A stretch of DNA of 27,183 bases from Streptosporangiaceae bacterium (GTDB taxonomy: Bacteria; Actinomycetota; Actinomycetes; Streptosporangiales; Streptosporangiaceae). The stretch's first letter is position 1. Every line of letters begins with the position of its first letter. Below are positions 26,114 to 27,183 of the stretch, one piece after another. A program made the position numbers and the translations under genes. A model generated the notes under the pieces. The model saw only the letters and a program-made list of their open reading frames with translations, searched no databases and was not told the origin of the DNA. Location of the stretch: the NCBI GenBank assembly GCA_030040415.1, contig JASHTT010000692.1, forward strand, positions 1 through 27,183, read 5' to 3'.

Positions 26114-26917
26114 CTACTCGGTGGTGCCGTGGTGGACGTACATGGACTGGATGCCGACCCGGCCGGGGCCCGTCATCTCCGCCAGGTACATGTTGTGGCT
26201 GCCCATCATGCCGGTCTTGAACTTCTGCGTGACGGTGTTCATGGTGACCGAGGAGTCCTTGTACAGGAATCCGCCCGGCTCGACCAGGATCTTCTCGCCC
26301 TGCTGCAATGTCTTCTGGAAGACGTTGCCGTAGCCGTGCAGCAGCAGCAGGCCCTGCTCGCCACCGGTGACGAACCTGTCCATGTACATGCCGGTGCCGC
26401 CGTGCAGCACGTTCGCCAGGCCCTTGATGCGCACGAACGAGTAGTTCAGCGAGTGCGTGCCGGCCAGGAACGCATGCTCCCGCACGTCGATCTCGTGCGA
26501 CGGGTGGATCGGCAGCACGACAACCTCGCCGGTGGCATCCCTGGACAGCGCGACGCGGCCGGGCCCGTGCGCGACGCTGAGGATGTGCGGCATGCCGCCG
26601 ACCATGCGGCGAGCGCCGCCGCCGGTGTTGAGCGCCGACATCGGCACCCCTGGCTCTTTCCAGAGCATGACGTGGTGCTCAAAGAAAACCGAATCGCCCT
26701 GGGCGAGCGCCAGCTCGGCCACCGGGACGATCTCGCCCTCGATCTGGCAGGTGGAGTTGGAAAACTTGAACTCCGTCATGTCCCGCAACCGCGGAGCCTC
26801 GGTCCAGCCCGAGTCCGAGACGAGATTCTTCTTGTCGAGCGGCGCACCGCAGGTACCGCAGCTTGTGCGGTCAGCTGCGTTCTGCGCCTTGCACCATTGA
26901 CACTCGATGCGGTCCAT
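26114..26917 (-). CDS. AIM24 (DUF124)-family protein with N-terminal zinc ribbon
   Basis: CQWC-x10-CGTCGAP, VPVAEL...VFFEHH, IDVREHAFL, GTGMYMDRF, LLLLHGYG, LVEPGGFL and MTGPGRVGIQSM. Confidence 0.85.
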   Translation of the reverse strand: MDRIECQWCKAQNAADRTSCGTCGAPLDKKNLVSDSGWTEAPRLRDMTEFKFSNSTCQIEGEIVPVAELALAQGDSVFFEHHVMLWKEPGVPMSALNTGGGARRMVGGMPHILSVAHGPGRVALSRDATGEVVVLPIHPSHEIDVREHAFLAGTHSLNYSFVRIKGLANVLHGGTGMYMDRFVTGGEQGLLLLHGYGNVFQKTLQQGEKILVEPGGFLYKDSSVTMNTVTQKFKTGMMGSHNMYLAEMTGPGRVGIQSMYVHHGTTE

Positions 26918-26983
26918 CCGGGCAGGCCTTCCTGGTAGGGCACCTAATAACGAACTCAGCGGGGAATAATGCTGCGATGCTAG

Positions 26984-27033
26984 CGGAGTTTCGAATCCCG
27001 CCCGTAATTAATCGGGCAGGAATCGAAACCCCG
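26984..27033 (-). other. Long (about 21-bp) intergenic stem-loop upstream of the AIM24 pair
   Basis: Minus strand CGGGGTTTCGATTCCTGCCCG-ATTAATTA-CGGGCGGGATTCGAAACTCCG, with two G.U wobbles and one U.U mismatch. Confidence 0.75.
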
Positions 27034-27043
27034 AAGCCGTGAG

Positions 27044-27183
27044 TCACGCGGAAGGCGGCGCCGTGGGCGTACCGCATTCGGCGCAGAACTTCGCGCTCGC
27101 GCTGAGGTTGGCATTGCAATTCGTGCAGTGCTTCTGCGTCGGCGTGCCGCATTCGGCGCAGAACTTCGCGCCGGCCGCGACCT
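27044..27183 (-). CDS. 3' end of a gene with a C-terminal double zinc ribbon (5' part outside window)
   Basis: Not in the ORF track. Manual translation from 27181 gives VAAGAKFCAECGTPTQKHCTNCNANLSASAKFCAECGTPTAPPSA-stop, with three CxxC motifs. Confidence 0.85.
   Translation of the reverse strand, partial: VAAGAKFCAECGTPTQKHCTNCNANLSASAKFCAECGTPTAPPSA

Noticed and set aside
25517-26938. 473-aa plus-strand ORF spanning both AIM24 genes
   Set aside because: Shadow ORF that stays open because the two real genes share one frame.
26984-27033. tRNA gene or tRNA-derived att site suggested by GTTTCGATTCC
   Set aside because: No cloverleaf, acceptor stem or CCA could be built, and no integrase is nearby; the motif is explained as a hairpin arm.
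26871-27152. 93-aa minus-strand ORF in the track
   Set aside because: Wrong frame over the CxxC-rich real gene end and runs across the hairpin and the AIM24 start.

Overview
High-GC actinomycete-type chromosomal window, densely coding. I found no rRNA, tRNA, CRISPR array, integrase or transposase. Left to right it contains: (1) four tandem luciferase-like flavin monooxygenases (the last runs off the left edge and is missing from the ORF track), divergent from a five-gene Opp/Dpp-type ABC importer and a DUF3500 gene; (2) a minus-strand run of Zn-dehydrogenase, SMP-30 lactonase, GH3 beta-glucosidase, FolP2-like DHPS and SDR, divergent from a cysteine-poor U32-like TIM-barrel gene; (3) a clpP3-clpP4-popR-type backup protease module with a perfect PopR-type palindrome, a C-terminal Ala-Ala degron, two different 15-bp tandem arrays around the regulator, and a catalytic Asp-to-Asn change in the second ClpP; (4) a CYP125/124-like P450 plus thiolase; (5) an orphan protein whose N-terminus resembles the DivIVA/Wag31 C-terminal helix, an APH-type kinase and a MarR; (6) two tandem zinc-ribbon-AIM24 paralogues downstream of a long hairpin and a double-zinc-ribbon gene cut by the right edge. 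Family assignments come from motifs read in the translations and remembered consensus sequences. No database search was run.
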